DNA from: an uncultured delta proteobacterium
GTDB lineage: Bacteria; Myxococcota_A; Polyangia; Fen-1088
NCBI GenBank assembly: GCA_963796685.1
Contig: CAWCMR010000013.1
Coordinates: forward strand, 64,001 to 128,000
Direction: 5' to 3'
Length of the DNA stretch: 64,000 bases
The notes under the pieces are model-generated. The model had not been told where the DNA came from. It ran no database searches and saw nothing but the letters and a program-made list of their open reading frames with translations. Shown here piece after piece: positions 33,240 through 44,769 of the stretch. The position numbers and the translations under genes were made by a program. Every line of letters starts with the position of its first letter. Positions within the stretch are counted from its first letter, which is position 1.

Positions 33240-36200
33240 CTACCCGTGCTTGGCCAGGGCTTCGAGGGGCGTCTCTTCGCCTTCGCGCATGACCGTGGCG
33301 TGGCCGAGGGTTCGTTCGGCGATGGAATCGATGAGGGTGTAGGCCACCGGCACGACGACCAGGGTGAGTAGGGTCGAGGTGATGAGGCCGCCGATGACCG
33401 CGATGGCCATGGGGGCGCGCAGCTCGCCGCCTTCGGAGATGCCGAGGGCCACCGGTGCCATACCGAAGACCATCGCTCCCGTGGTCATCAAGATGGGACG
33501 CAAGCGGACGGCGCCCGCCTTGAGCAGGGAATCCAGTCGGGGCATTCCCGTGCGGCGTAGGGTGTTGGTGTAGTCGACGAGCAGAATGGCGTTCTTGGTG
33601 ACGAGACCCATCAGCAGAATGATGCCGATCATGGTCATGATGTTGATCATGCTGTGGGTGAGGGCGATGGCACCGAGGGCGCCGACCATGGACAGCGGCA
33701 GCGACAGCATGATGGTGAAGGGGTGCAGGAAACTTTCGAATTGCGCTGCGAGCACGAGGTACACGATGATGATTGCCAAGAGCAGGGCCGAGAGCAGGTA
33801 GCCCATGGACTCCTTCATGATGTCGGCCATGCCGGTCCAGTCGGTGGTCATGCTGGTCGGTACGACCTTCTTGGCGATGGCTTCCACCTGTGTGGTGGCG
33901 TCGCCGAGGGGCACGCCATTCAAGTTGGCGTAGACCGTGATCTGGCGTTGCCGGTTTTGGCGCTCGATCTTTCCCGGCCCGGTCCCGCGCACGATGGCGG
34001 CCACGTTAGCCAGGTTCACGAGCTGACCGGAGTTGGATCGGACCTTGAGCGCTACGAGATCCTGGGCGTTCCGCCGGAACTTCTCGTCGAGCTTCATGCG
34101 CACGTCGTAGCGCTCGCCCTCGGAGGTCAGCTCCGAGACCTTTTCGTCGGCCATGAGACTGCGCATGGTCATGGCGATGGTGGCCATGGGGACACCGAGG
34201 TCGGCGGCCCGGTCGCGGTCGATGTCCACGACCAGCTCGGGCTTGCCGCCGCGATAGGAGACATCGAGATCGACATAGCCCTTCTGGGACTTCATCCAGT
34301 CGATGATCTGGTCGGTGGCCTTGCTGATCTCCTCGTAGTTCTTGCCCCGCACGTTGAACTGGATGGTGGCGCTGCGGAAGGCACCGCTGCCGCCACCGAC
34401 CATTTGGTAAGGCTCGACGGCGAATTTCACGTCCCCGCGGGCCAGCCAACCCGGCATCAGGTTGCGGGCGTAGGCAATCATCTGGGCCTGCGAGAAGGAG
34501 CGCTTTTTCTTGGAAACCAGGTTGACCTGGATTTCGGCCCGGTTGATTTCCGACAGCGTCGAGCCGCCGATGGTGACCAGGGTGTTCTCCACGCCGGGCA
34601 GGGAGCGCAACTTGGTGGAAATGCCTTCGGCCGTGGTTTCGGTCACGCCCAGCGCGGAGCCGCTTGGCAGCTCCAGCTTGACGGCGAACTGGCTGCGGTC
34701 CTCGATGGGCATGAATTCCTTGGGCACGATGGCGGCGAGGGCGAGGCTGGCCACGAAGACAAGGAAGGCGAAGACGACGGTCAAGGCACGGTGACGCAGG
34801 GCCGCGGCCAGAAGCCTGCTGTACGCATGCTCGATGCCGTCGAGAAATCGGTCGATGGCGCGGGCAACCGGGCCTTTGGTGGTGTGTGCACGAAGAAAGC
34901 GCGAGGACAACATGGGCGTTAGCGTGAAGGCCACGAACAGCGAGACCGAGACCGCGAAGGCCACCGTCAGCCCGAACTGCACGAAGAAGCGTCCGATGAT
35001 GCCCTTCATGGTGGCCACGGGAACGAACACGGCGAGAATAGAGGCGGTGGTGGCCATGACCGCGAGACCGATCTCGGCGGTGGCTTCGCCGGCAGCCTTC
35101 ATGGGCGATTTTCCCATTTCCAGGTGGCGGTGGATGTTTTCGATGACGACGATGGCGTCGTCGATCAAAATGCCGATGGAGAGCGACAGCGCCAGCATGG
35201 TCATCATGTTGAGCGTGAAGCCCATGGCGTGGATGAAGGCGAAGGTGGCGATGACCGAGACGGGCAGGGCGGTGGCGCTGATGAGGGTGGCTCGCCAGTC
35301 ATGCAAGAAGAACAGGATGATGAGGATGGCCAGGCCGGCACCGAACAGCAGGTCGAACTTGACGTCGTTGATGGACCGTTCGGTGAAGACCGACATGTCC
35401 GTAGCGATTTGCATGGTCAGCTTGGGCACTTGGGGCTTCAGCTTCTCCAGCGCGGCTTTCACCTTGTGTGCGACCTCGACCACGTTCGACCCCGATTGCT
35501 TGCGAACGAGCAGGGTCACCGAAGACTTGCCGCTGAAGGTGGCGTACGATCGGCTCTCCTGCTCGCCGTCCTCGACGCGGGCCACGTCGCCGATGCGCAC
35601 CGGCGAGCCGCCGGCTGCAGTGATGATGATGTTTTGCAGCTCGGTCGCGCTGTGGACCTGGCCGCGCGTCTTGATGGAAAGCTCGAGCGCGCCCGAATCG
35701 AGCCGGCCGCCCGGGATCTCCACGTTCTGCGCCGCCAGTGCCTGGGCCACGTCAGTCGGCGTGAGACCGAACGAATCCAGCTGCCGCGGATCGATCCAGA
35801 CGTGGAACTCGCGCTCTTGTCCGCCCACGATGTCGATGCCGCCCACGCCGTTGATGGCCTGCAGCCGCTGTTTGACCGTGTTCTTCGCCAGATCGGTCAA
35901 GTCGCGCTTGGGCATGTCGCCGGCCAGGGCGATGGCCAGGATGGGCGCGGCGCCGATGTCCACGCGCTCCACCAGCGGCGGCTCGAGATCGGTCGGCAGA
36001 TCCTTGAGAGCACTGGAAACTTTGTCGCGCACGTCCTGCACGGCGTCGCTAGCCTTGCGCTCCAGCTCGAACTGTACGAAGACCAGACCCACGTTTTCCA
36101 TCGAGGTCGAGCGTAGGACCTTGATGCCGTTGACGGTGCTGATGGCCTCTTCCAGCTTGTCGATGACCCGCGACTCGATGGTCTCGGGATCGGCGCCCGG

Positions 36201-36353
36201 GTACACCGCGGTCACGGTGACGATGGGGAACTCGACCTCGGGATACATGTCGATGGAGAGCTGCTGGTATCCCCACACGCCGAACACCGTCAGCACGCTC
36301 GCCATCACCGTCGCGAACACCGGGCGGCGGATGGAGATGTCTGCAAGTTTCAT
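33240..36353 (-). CDS. RND efflux permease (AcrB/HAE1 family)
   Basis: SIRRPVFA, GILIDDAIVVIENI, KNAILLVD, RLRPILMT. Confidence 0.96.
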   Translation of the reverse strand: MKLADISIRRPVFATVMASVLTVFGVWGYQQLSIDMYPEVEFPIVTVTAVYPGADPETIESRVIDKLEEAISTVNGIKVLRSTSMENVGLVFVQFELERKASDAVQDVRDKVSSALKDLPTDLEPPLVERVDIGAAPILAIALAGDMPKRDLTDLAKNTVKQRLQAINGVGGIDIVGGQEREFHVWIDPRQLDSFGLTPTDVAQALAAQNVEIPGGRLDSGALELSIKTRGQVHSATELQNIIITAAGGSPVRIGDVARVEDGEQESRSYATFSGKSSVTLLVRKQSGSNVVEVAHKVKAALEKLKPQVPKLTMQIATDMSVFTERSINDVKFDLLFGAGLAILIILFFLHDWRATLISATALPVSVIATFAFIHAMGFTLNMMTMLALSLSIGILIDDAIVVIENIHRHLEMGKSPMKAAGEATAEIGLAVMATTASILAVFVPVATMKGIIGRFFVQFGLTVAFAVSVSLFVAFTLTPMLSSRFLRAHTTKGPVARAIDRFLDGIEHAYSRLLAAALRHRALTVVFAFLVFVASLALAAIVPKEFMPIEDRSQFAVKLELPSGSALGVTETTAEGISTKLRSLPGVENTLVTIGGSTLSEINRAEIQVNLVSKKKRSFSQAQMIAYARNLMPGWLARGDVKFAVEPYQMVGGGSGAFRSATIQFNVRGKNYEEISKATDQIIDWMKSQKGYVDLDVSYRGGKPELVVDIDRDRAADLGVPMATIAMTMRSLMADEKVSELTSEGERYDVRMKLDEKFRRNAQDLVALKVRSNSGQLVNLANVAAIVRGTGPGKIERQNRQRQITVYANLNGVPLGDATTQVEAIAKKVVPTSMTTDWTGMADIMKESMGYLLSALLLAIIIVYLVLAAQFESFLHPFTIMLSLPLSMVGALGAIALTHSMINIMTMIGIILLMGLVTKNAILLVDYTNTLRRTGMPRLDSLLKAGAVRLRPILMTTGAMVFGMAPVALGISEGGELRAPMAIAVIGGLITSTLLTLVVVPVAYTLIDSIAERTLGHATVMREGEETPLEALAKHG

Positions 36354-36355
36354 GG

Positions 36356-37369
36356 CTAGTCCTTGCGCCCGCGGGTGGCGATCTTCTTGGCCTTGCCCTT
36401 GGTCGCTACGGAGGCGGGTGCGGCGGCGCTGCCCACGGTGACCTCGGCATAGAGGCCCGAGCGCAGGGAGTGGCTGGCATCGGGCAGCTCCGCGATGGCC
36501 GAGAAGGTACGCGTATGTGGATCCATGGCGGACACCACGCGGGTCACACGCGCCTCAACCGTTTGACCGGTGGCTGCGAAATGCGCGCGGATGGGGGTGC
36601 CGACCTTCACCCTGTCGAGATCGGTCGAGGGAATCTGGATGCGCAGGTCGATAGGATCGACCTCTTCGATGATGACGAGCGGCGTGGCCGGCATAACGGA
36701 GGCGTACTCGCCTTCGTTGACCAGGCGTTTGACGATGATGCCATTGAAGGGCGCGTGGATGGTGGCGTCACGCAACGCCTTGCGACCCATGGCCACCGCG
36801 ATTTCGGCCTGCTTGACACCCGCCTGCGCGCCCTTGTAGCGCGCGTCCACCATGTCGAACTGGCTTTGAGGTACGGCCTTGTCGCCGAGCAGGGCCTTGG
36901 TGCGGTTCCATTCGAGCTTGGCGGCATCCAGTTGCACCTTGGCCAACTGGAGAGCGGCCTCCGCCTGCTCTGTGCGCAAGGCGAAGTCCTGCGTGTCGAG
37001 CGTGACCAGGGCTTGGCCGCTCTTGACGATGTCACCGTCTCGGACGTGCACGCGCATGACGGTGCTCGACACCTTGGGCGTGAGCGTGCTGCGACGGTGT
37101 GCCTCGGTCTGGCCCGACAAGAACGCGCTACCCGGTGGGGGCGAGGGGATCTCACCCGGCGCCGCGGGTTCGGCGATCGCTTTGTCGGCGGCCGAGGGCG
37201 GGGCAGAGGGAGGCGCGGGCTTCGGCGCCACCGACGGCGTGGCGGCGTTTTCGGGCAAGCGCGCCACATTACTTTCCCGGTTGCATGCGGCGACGAGCGA
37301 CAGGGTGAGAGCGAGACGGATGAGCACGCGTGACATGGTCTGGTTCCTCGGGTGCAGGGTGGCGGTCAT
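36356..37369 (-). CDS. RND periplasmic adaptor (MFP) lipoprotein
   Basis: Lipobox LVAAC, VRDGDIVKSGQ, IHAPFNG, LRSGLY; start may be an internal Met. Confidence 0.92.
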   Translation of the reverse strand: MTATLHPRNQTMSRVLIRLALTLSLVAACNRESNVARLPENAATPSVAPKPAPPSAPPSAADKAIAEPAAPGEIPSPPPGSAFLSGQTEAHRRSTLTPKVSSTVMRVHVRDGDIVKSGQALVTLDTQDFALRTEQAEAALQLAKVQLDAAKLEWNRTKALLGDKAVPQSQFDMVDARYKGAQAGVKQAEIAVAMGRKALRDATIHAPFNGIIVKRLVNEGEYASVMPATPLVIIEEVDPIDLRIQIPSTDLDRVKVGTPIRAHFAATGQTVEARVTRVVSAMDPHTRTFSAIAELPDASHSLRSGLYAEVTVGSAAAPASVATKGKAKKIATRGRKD

Positions 37370-38721
37370 GGCATGGCCTTCACGGCCGGGTATTTCTCGC
37401 CCATGGCGCGGGCGAGGTTGGACTGGGCGATGAGGTAGTCGTACAGGGCGGCCTGGTGTTGGCCGCGCGCGGTGGTCAGTTGCGTTTCGGCGTCGAGCAC
37501 GTCGAACGAGGTGTTGCTGGCGCTCTCGTAGCGCTTCTGTTCGATGCGGAAATTCTCCTCGGCCTCCTCCACGGCGTGCTTGGCGACATCGAGGGCCTCC
37601 GCCGCCGTGGTCACGCCCACGTGGGCGCTGCGCACGTCGAGGCGAATCGCGTCCTCGGCCTTGCGGCGTGCTTGCAGGGCCTGCGCGAGCTGGGCCTTGG
37701 CTTCGTCGATGCCGTAGTAGGTGCCGCCACCTTCCCAGATGTCCCAGGAGGCCGTGGCGCCGACGAACCAGGTCTTGGGCAAGCCCAACAGCGACGAAGT
37801 TTGCCGCGTGTAGTTTGCCACCGCATTCACCTGCGGCATCATCTTGGACTTGGCCATGGAAACGCCGGCACTGGCCTGATCGATGTGGGCGGCAATCTCC
37901 TTGAGCTCGAAGCGGTTGCTGACCGCCTGCTGCTCGGCCTCGTTCGCCGGGATGGGCGCGACGACGGCGGGTTCTTCGGCGAGATCGATCGCGTCGATGG
38001 GACTGTCCGGCGAGCGTCCCATGAGCGTGGCCAGCCTCCCGCGGGCCAGGATGACGCCGCCCTTGGCTTGAATCAGGCGCTGTTTGGCCGCTGCCAGTCC
38101 CAGATCGGCGCGCAGCACGTCGTTGCGCGCGACCGCACCGTGCTCGAAGAAGGTGCGTGCGCGGTTCACCTGGGCGGTCACCTGTTCGACCGAACGTTCC
38201 GCCACGTTGGCCAGGCGCTTGGCTTGCAGCAGGCGGTAGTACCCTTCGGTGACCTGAAAAGCGACATCACGCCGAGCAGACTTGCGTCTGATTTCCGCGA
38301 CGTCGATACCGAGCTTGGCCAAATGATTGGCCTCGCTGATGGTCCAAAGGGATGCGATGGGCTGGGCAACGGTGGCTCCCACAGACCATGTCCATTGCGG
38401 GCGCAGCGTGAAGGGCGTGTTCAGGATGTTCTGATCGCAAGTGGGGCAGGCAGAAGCGACCATCCCGAAAAGCGGCAGCGCGTATTCGCTGTCCCATCTC
38501 TGCACGCCGGCATCCAGCTTCAGCCGCGGGCCCCATGCGCCGGCCGCGCCCTGCTTCTTGGCGACGGCGGCGGCGACCTCGTAGTTGGCCGAGATGGTGT
38601 CCGGGCTTTCCTTCAGCGCGATGGACACGCACTGGTCGAGGGTCAGGTTTTCGGCGCGAACAGAGAGCGGCGCCAGCGTCGCGATACTCATGAGAGCCAG
38701 ACTAGTATTGGTCAATTTCAT
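37366..38721 (-). CDS. TolC-family outer membrane efflux protein
   Basis: Signal peptide, duplicated OEP helical repeats, DVLDAETQL. Confidence 0.92.
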   Translation of the reverse strand: MKLTNTSLALMSIATLAPLSVRAENLTLDQCVSIALKESPDTISANYEVAAAVAKKQGAAGAWGPRLKLDAGVQRWDSEYALPLFGMVASACPTCDQNILNTPFTLRPQWTWSVGATVAQPIASLWTISEANHLAKLGIDVAEIRRKSARRDVAFQVTEGYYRLLQAKRLANVAERSVEQVTAQVNRARTFFEHGAVARNDVLRADLGLAAAKQRLIQAKGGVILARGRLATLMGRSPDSPIDAIDLAEEPAVVAPIPANEAEQQAVSNRFELKEIAAHIDQASAGVSMAKSKMMPQVNAVANYTRQTSSLLGLPKTWFVGATASWDIWEGGGTYYGIDEAKAQLAQALQARRKAEDAIRLDVRSAHVGVTTAAEALDVAKHAVEEAEENFRIEQKRYESASNTSFDVLDAETQLTTARGQHQAALYDYLIAQSNLARAMGEKYPAVKAMP

Positions 38722-39362
38722 TTCTTACGTGCTCCGGGCTTGGGCTTGCCGCTGACGCCATTGAAGAACAGCTCGGTGATGAGGGGGGCATACTTGACGA
38801 AGGGCTCGCTGTCCTTTTCCTCGCCCCAGCGGTGCAAGAGGCCGAAGGCCATGCCGAAAAGGGTGCGGGCGAGGAGCTCGGGCGCAAAGCCGCCGATGTC
38901 CTCCGGTTTTGCGTTGGCCTTGAGCCAGGCGGCCAGCCGCTCGATCCTGCGCTCGAAATTGTCATGAAAGGCACGACCGACCTCGTCGCCGGCGCACATG
39001 CTCTCGTTGGTGTGGTCGCTCAAGAAACCCACGAAGACGTTGTGTCGTTTCTCGGCTAGATCGAGCTGACGCCGGAGCAGCAACTCGAAGCGTTGGCGGA
39101 ACGATAGCTCGGAGGGTATGGGTTCGTCGAAGACATGGACGTACTCGTTGGTGAGCATGGTCACCATGGCGTCGATGATCTCCTGCTTGCTCTTGAAGTA
39201 GGTGTAGAGAGACGCCGCCGTGTATCCCGCCTCGCGTGCGATGTCTTGCATGGTGGCGTTGTGCAACCCCACCCGAGAGAAGGCCGTAATCGCGGCTTCC
39301 AGGATGTCGGTGCGCGCGTGGGCGATCTCCCGTTCTCGTCGTTGTCCTGCCTTCATCTTCAC
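38718..39362 (-). CDS. TetR-family regulator
   Basis: TMQDIAREAGYTAASLYTYFKSKQEI HTH. Confidence 0.93.
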   Translation of the reverse strand: MKMKAGQRREREIAHARTDILEAAITAFSRVGLHNATMQDIAREAGYTAASLYTYFKSKQEIIDAMVTMLTNEYVHVFDEPIPSELSFRQRFELLLRRQLDLAEKRHNVFVGFLSDHTNESMCAGDEVGRAFHDNFERRIERLAAWLKANAKPEDIGGFAPELLARTLFGMAFGLLHRWGEEKDSEPFVKYAPLITELFFNGVSGKPKPGARKK

Positions 39363-39401
39363 CTGGTTGAATTCGGGTTATCGCAAACCAAAGATGAGTT
39401 C

Positions 39402-39430
39402 ATTGTGCCGAATGAGTATTCGGCAGTCAA
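39402..39430 (-). promoter_or_regulatory. Sigma70-type promoter with TetR operator palindrome
   Basis: Minus strand TTGACT-N17-CACAAT; perfect IR TGCCGAAT-gagt-ATTCGGCA (39406-39425) spans the spacer. Confidence 0.7.
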
Positions 39431-39638
39431 TAGCATTCGTTCGGCGCAGGCGAGACTCGAGCGGCCGCTGGCCGCGCCGACCCTGTATCGCGGCAGAGGT
39501 TGGGCTTCAAGCGCGTCATTGCCTCCCGACGGCCATCCCACCCATTCCTGGCTTCCTTAGAGGCCCTTTCCATTTTCTTGAGCGCCCGTCGTGCGTGAAG
39601 CTCTTGAAGCGCGTGCGGCAAATGTATAGTCTCCCGAG

Positions 39639-41108
39639 ATGCTGCCTGATAGTTCTCTGCGAGAAGCCCTCACGTTCGACGATGTTCTGCTCGTGCCCGC
39701 CGAGAGCGAGGTCATCCCCAAGGATGTGGATGTCCGCTCATATCTGACGGCGAGCATCACCCTGGCCATCCCGATCCTGTCCTCGGCCATGGACACGGTG
39801 ACCGAAGCGCCCACGGCGATCTGCATGGCGCGCGAGGGTGGCCTGGGCGTCATCCACAAGAACATGACTATCGACGAGCAGGTGCTCGAGGTGACCAAGG
39901 TGAAGAAGGCCGAAACCGGCGTGGTCATCGACCCGGTCACCATCGATCCGGACCAGAAGCTTTTTGCGGCCCTGGAGCTGATGCGGCGGCACGAGATTTC
40001 GGGCCTGCCCGTGGTCGGGCGCGACGGCAAGCCGGTCGGTATCCTCACCAACCGCGACGTACGCTTCGAACGCAACCTGGACCAGCCGGTGCGCGACGTG
40101 ATGACGACCAACCTCATTACCGCGCCGGAAGGCATGAGCCTGGAAGGCTCGAAGGAGCTCCTGCACAAGAACCGCATCGAGAAGCTGCTGGTCATCGACA
40201 GCGCAGGCAAGCTACATGGGCTCATCACCATCAAGGATATCGAGAAGGCGCAGCAGCACCCCTACGCGGCCAAGGACGAGCTCGGCCGCCTGCGCGTGGG
40301 TGCCGCGGTTAGCCCGAGCGCGGACATGCAGGCGCGCGTGGCCGGTCTGCTGCACGCGGGATGCGATGTCATCTGTATCGACACCGCGCACGGACATTCG
40401 AGGTCGGTGCTCGACGCCGTGACCGAGGTGCGCAAGACCTTTCCCAAGGCCCAGATCATCGCGGGCAACGTGGCCACCGCCGAGGGCGCGCTGGCCCTGG
40501 CCAAGGCGGGCGCGGACGCGGTGAAGGTGGGCATGGGGCCGGGCTCCATCTGCACGACCCGCGTGGTGGCCGGCATCGGCGTGCCGCAAGTCACCGCCGT
40601 TTCGGATTGTGCGCGCGCCCTGGCCAAGACCGACGTGCGCGTGGTTTCCGACGGCGGCATCAAGTATTCCGGCGACATGGTCAAGGCCATCGCGGCCGGC
40701 GCCAACACCGTCATGATCGGCAGCCTCTTCGCCGGCACCGACGAGGCGCCGGGCGAGATCATCCTGTACCAGGGCCGCAGCTACAAGCTCTACCGGGGCA
40801 TGGGCTCGGTGGGCGCCATGCGCGCGGGCAGCAAGGATCGCTACTTCCAGGCCGAGGTCACCACCGAGGCCAAGCTGGTTCCCGAGGGCATCGAGGGCCG
40901 CGTCCCGTACCGCGGCAGCCTCTCGCAGTCGATCTACCAGCTCATCGGCGGCCTGCGTTCGGGCATGGGCTACTGCGGGTGCAAGGACCTCGACGAGATG
41001 CGCACCAAGGCCCGCTTCATCAAGATCACCAGCTCGGGCCTACGCGAGTCGCACGTCCACGACGTGATCATCACCAAGGAAGCGCCCAACTACCGCGTGG
41101 AACAGTAA
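39639..41108 (+). CDS. guaB: IMP dehydrogenase
   Basis: [11 protein letters not shown] pair, [22 protein letters not shown]. Confidence 0.98.
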   Translation: MLPDSSLREALTFDDVLLVPAESEVIPKDVDVRSYLTASITLAIPILSSAMDTVTEAPTAICMAREGGLGVIHKNMTIDEQVLEVTKVKKAETGVVIDPVTIDPDQKLFAALELMRRHEISGLPVVGRDGKPVGILTNRDVRFERNLDQPVRDVMTTNLITAPEGMSLEGSKELLHKNRIEKLLVIDSAGKLHGLITIKDIEKAQQHPYAAKDELGRLRVGAAVSPSADMQARVAGLLHAGCDVICIDTAHGHSRSVLDAVTEVRKTFPKAQIIAGNVATAEGALALAKAGADAVKVGMGPGSICTTRVVAGIGVPQVTAVSDCARALAKTDVRVVSDGGIKYSGDMVKAIAAGANTVMIGSLFAGTDEAPGEIILYQGRSYKLYRGMGSVGAMRAGSKDRYFQAEVTTEAKLVPEGIEGRVPYRGSLSQSIYQLIGGLRSGMGYCGCKDLDEMRTKARFIKITSSGLRESHVHDVIITKEAPNYRVEQ

Positions 41109-41132
41109 GGCCGACGTTCCACAAAGGCGAAA

Positions 41133-42680
41133 ATGTCAGCCAAGCAAGTCATTCTCATCCTCGATTTCGGCTCGCAATACACCCAGCTCATCGCGCGCCG
41201 GGTGCGCGAACAGAACGTCTATTCCGAGATCCATCCCTTCAATCTGCCGCTCGAACGCATTCGCGCCATGCAGCCGGCCGGCATCATCCTGTCCGGCGGC
41301 CCCTCGTCCGTGTACGACGAGGGCGCGCCAAGGATTTCCGCCGAGATCTTCGACCTCGGCGCGCCCATCCTCGGCATCTGCTACGGCGTCCAGCTCACCA
41401 GCCTGCTTCTGGGTGGCAAGGTCGTGTCCGCCAGCCATCGCGAATACGGCCGGGCGTCCGTGCACCTGGAGTCGGCGTCGGAGCTCTTCCACGGCTTTAC
41501 CCCGGCCGAAGAGCTGACCGTGTGGATGAGTCACGGCGACCGCGTGGAATCGCTGCCCGAGGGATTTCGCCTGGTCGGCACCAGTCCGAACTGCCCCTTC
41601 GCCGCGGTAGAGGCCGTCGAGCGCAAGTTCTGGGGCGTGCAGTTTCACCCCGAGGTCGCGCACACGCCGCGCGGGATGGAGATCCTGGGCAACTTCCTGT
41701 TCCGCATCTGCAAGTGCGCGCCGAGCTGGACCATGGCCAACTTCGTCGACGAGGCGGTGGCCACGGTGGGGCGTCAGGCTCCGAGCGGACGCGTGATCTG
41801 CGGCCTGTCGGGGGGCGTGGATTCGTCGGTGGCGGCGTCGCTGGTTCATCGGGCGGTGGGCGACCGACTGACCTGCATCTTCGTCGACAACGGCCTTTTG
41901 CGGGCGCGCGAATCGGTGCAGGTCGAGGCGCTGTTCCGCGGCGCCTTCAAGATGAACCTGGTGGTGGTCGACGCGGCCGAGCGTTTCCTTTCCAAGCTGG
42001 CGGGGGTCGACGATCCCGAGCAGAAGCGCAAAGTCATCGGGCGCGAGTTCATCGCCGTGTTCGACGAGGAGGCGCACAAGCTGGGCGGCGCGGACTACCT
42101 GGTGCAGGGAACCTTGTACCCCGATGTGATCGAGTCCGTATCGCACAAGGGCCCGTCGGCCACCATCAAGTCGCACCACAACGTGGGCGGTTTGCCCGAG
42201 AAGATGAAGCTCAAGCTCATCGAGCCCCTGCGCGAGCTGTTCAAGGACGAGGTGCGCGCGCTCGGCGCCGAGTGCGGCTTGCCCCACGACATGCTGTGGC
42301 GGCAGCCGTTCCCGGGCCCCGGGTTGGCGGTGCGCGTGCTCGGCCCGGTCAGCAAGGCGGCCTGTGACATCCTGCGCGCCGCCGACCTCATCATCGACGA
42401 GGAGATCCGCGCCGCCGGCCTTTACGAAAGCATCTGGCAGTCCTTCGGCGTGCTCTTGCCCGTGCGCACGGTCGGGGTCATGGGCGATGAACGCACGTAC
42501 GCCAACGTGCTCGCCATCCGGGCCGTGCACTCGCGCGACGGCATGACTGCCGACTGGGTGCCGCTGCCGCACGACCTGCTCGCCACCATCTCGTCCCGCA
42601 TCGTGAACGAGGTGCGCGGGATCAACCGCGTGGTCTACGACATCTCGTCCAAGCCACCGGCGACCATCGAATGGGAGTAG
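41133..42680 (+). CDS. guaA: GMP synthase (glutamine-hydrolysing)
   Basis: [39 protein letters not shown]. Confidence 0.98.
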   Translation: MSAKQVILILDFGSQYTQLIARRVREQNVYSEIHPFNLPLERIRAMQPAGIILSGGPSSVYDEGAPRISAEIFDLGAPILGICYGVQLTSLLLGGKVVSASHREYGRASVHLESASELFHGFTPAEELTVWMSHGDRVESLPEGFRLVGTSPNCPFAAVEAVERKFWGVQFHPEVAHTPRGMEILGNFLFRICKCAPSWTMANFVDEAVATVGRQAPSGRVICGLSGGVDSSVAASLVHRAVGDRLTCIFVDNGLLRARESVQVEALFRGAFKMNLVVVDAAERFLSKLAGVDDPEQKRKVIGREFIAVFDEEAHKLGGADYLVQGTLYPDVIESVSHKGPSATIKSHHNVGGLPEKMKLKLIEPLRELFKDEVRALGAECGLPHDMLWRQPFPGPGLAVRVLGPVSKAACDILRAADLIIDEEIRAAGLYESIWQSFGVLLPVRTVGVMGDERTYANVLAIRAVHSRDGMTADWVPLPHDLLATISSRIVNEVRGINRVVYDISSKPPATIEWE

Positions 42681-43288
42681 CCCGGCTTTCGCCGCTCCTG
42701 TTGCTGGTGCTGAGCGCGCTGGCGCAAGCTGCGGCGCCCAGCGCGTTCAAGCGCGCCGTGGCCGGCAGCGAGGTCGACTGGAGCGCCGGCACCCTCACGG
42801 CGCAGGCGGGCTCGGCCGCGGACATGCGCATGCCGGGGCCCAACGCGGCCCGCCCGGGCGCGGAAAGGCGGGCGCGCGCGGCGGCCGAGGCGAAGCTGCT
42901 GGCGGCCCTGCGCGAGCTCGGCCTGGACAAGCCATCCCGGACGGCGCTGGACTACGCGGCGGTTTCCAGAATCGAGTATCAATCGAACGGTGGCGTGGTG
43001 CTTTGGCTGACCCTTCGCTTGGCCGACGTGGTGCCGGCCAAGCCGGCGCCGAGGCCGCTTCGCATCGCGAGCATGCCCTTCGAGATCGCGCCCGCGTTGG
43101 TGGCGGGCGGCAAGGAGGCGCGCGTGGCCGTGGCAACCTACCGCCCGGCCGCGGATTGTCCCAAGGACGCCTTGCCGGTTCACCGCGACGGAAAGGGGCG
43201 ACTGGTGCTGCCGCCGGGGCAGGCGGAGCTGATCGATTCTCTCGCCGGATCCGCGGTTGTGATCTACCTTGAAAAGGCGCAACCATGA
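42671..43288 (+). CDS. Exported hypothetical protein
   Basis: Signal peptide [12 protein letters not shown]; overlaps guaA stop; host-like codon use. Confidence 0.7.
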   Translation: MGVARLSPLLLLVLSALAQAAAPSAFKRAVAGSEVDWSAGTLTAQAGSAADMRMPGPNAARPGAERRARAAAEAKLLAALRELGLDKPSRTALDYAAVSRIEYQSNGGVVLWLTLRLADVVPAKPAPRPLRIASMPFEIAPALVAGGKEARVAVATYRPAADCPKDALPVHRDGKGRLVLPPGQAELIDSLAGSAVVIYLEKAQP

Positions 43289-43298
43289 AGACGCAACG

Positions 43299-44459
43299 AT
43301 GAAGGCGCAACGATTGATGGGTACACGCGAAATGCCGGGACGAACCTGTCGCATCTTCATCCTGCTGGGCTTGCTCGCGCCGAGAGCGGCCCGGGCCCAG
43401 GAGCCGGAGCAGAACGAAAACGTGGTGCGCGCGGAAGCGCCGATAGTCGCCGGCAACGCCGTCATTGCCAAGAAGCGCGCCCTGGCCGATGCCTTCCGCC
43501 AGGTCACCGAGCGAGCGCTGGCCGAGATCGTGAAGCAGGGGGCGCCCTTGCCCTCGCCGCTGCCGCCCGGGGTGGTGCAGCTCAAGGCCTCGCTGGCCAA
43601 TTCGGCGCAGCGGTTCGTGCGCAGCTACCGCTTGATCGAGCAGGCGACCGAAGGTGGCATCCTGCACGTCATGGTCGAGGCGGACGTGGATACGGTGCTG
43701 TTGCGCCGGGAGCTCGACCGCGCGCGCGGCTCCGCGCAGGTGGCGGCGCCGGCCGTCGCAGCGGTTCCGGTCGCGGGTTTCATGCTCCTGGCCGGGACCG
43801 CGCCCGCGACCTCGATGGCGGCGGCGGCCTTGACTGCGGCCGGCGTCCGCGTACGTGTGGATGCGGGGGCAGGTGAGGCGCAGCTCCTCGCGCTGGCCGC
43901 CAAGCAGAACGCCTACGCCCTGTTCGTCGCCGCGACCAGCGTCGACGAAGGCATGGTGCGCGGGACCACGCGCGTGTCGGTCAAGTGCGCCTTGCGCTCG
44001 CGCTTGTTCCCCGCCGGCAGCCAGGCGGCGCGCGGCCCGGCCGTCGATCGCACCGACGAGGATCGAGGCTTTGCCGCGAACGCAAGCCTGGCCCGCGTGG
44101 CTTGCTTGGAGCAGGTCTCGGGTCAGGCGGCCCGCGGGTTGGTGTCCGCGCTGCGCGCTCCCACGGTCAGCGCTCCCTTCGTGACGCTGAGGCTCGATAT
44201 CGCCGATCCCGGCGCGATCCCGACCTTGCTGCAAACTCTCAAGCGCATGGGCGCGGTGACCGCCACTGAGGTGCGTGACGTGGCCGCCAACCTGGCCGAG
44301 ATTCGGGTCTTCACGCGCATGGGCGGCGTGGCCCTTGGGCAGGTTCTGGTGCACGAGCTTGCCGGCAAGCTCACGGTCGTTCCCACGCAAAGCACGGAGG
44401 CTGTGCTCGCGCTCCGTCTGCGCCCACTCGACACGTCGGCCCTGGAGGAGAATCGTTGA
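43299..44459 (+). CDS. Exported hypothetical protein (FlgT-N/DUF2066-like N-terminus)
   Basis: Signal ending ARAQ; AKKRALADAFRQ...FVRSYRLI pattern; start uncertain (43299 or 43332). Confidence 0.65.
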   Translation: MKAQRLMGTREMPGRTCRIFILLGLLAPRAARAQEPEQNENVVRAEAPIVAGNAVIAKKRALADAFRQVTERALAEIVKQGAPLPSPLPPGVVQLKASLANSAQRFVRSYRLIEQATEGGILHVMVEADVDTVLLRRELDRARGSAQVAAPAVAAVPVAGFMLLAGTAPATSMAAAALTAAGVRVRVDAGAGEAQLLALAAKQNAYALFVAATSVDEGMVRGTTRVSVKCALRSRLFPAGSQAARGPAVDRTDEDRGFAANASLARVACLEQVSGQAARGLVSALRAPTVSAPFVTLRLDIADPGAIPTLLQTLKRMGAVTATEVRDVAANLAEIRVFTRMGGVALGQVLVHELAGKLTVVPTQSTEAVLALRLRPLDTSALEENR

Positions 44460-44463
44460 GATC

Positions 44464-44763
44464 ATGAAAGCCTTGGTCATTTCTGCGCTGGTGATGCTGT
44501 CGTCCTTGGGTTGCGCCACGATGAGAGCCGAAAAGCCGGGCTCGCTGCACGTCGAATGCAACGTCCCCGACGCAGCCGTGTTGCTGGACGACGATCTGGC
44601 GGGACGCGCCGCGGATCTGGTGAAGCACGACAAGGCCATCCGTGCCGGCTTCTACCGGGTCGAGGTCCGCTTCCCCGGGTACTACTCGTACTTCACGGAG
44701 ATCACGGTTCCCGAGGGCGGCGCGGCGGCCGTGAAAGCCGAGCTCCACCCCCTGCTGGACTAG
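44464..44763 (+). CDS. PEGA-domain lipoprotein
   Basis: Lipobox SLGC; GSLHVECNVPDAAVLLDD...GFYRVEVRFPGY. Confidence 0.8.
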   Translation: MKALVISALVMLSSLGCATMRAEKPGSLHVECNVPDAAVLLDDDLAGRAADLVKHDKAIRAGFYRVEVRFPGYYSYFTEITVPEGGAAAVKAELHPLLD

Positions 44764-44769
44764 GCGCAC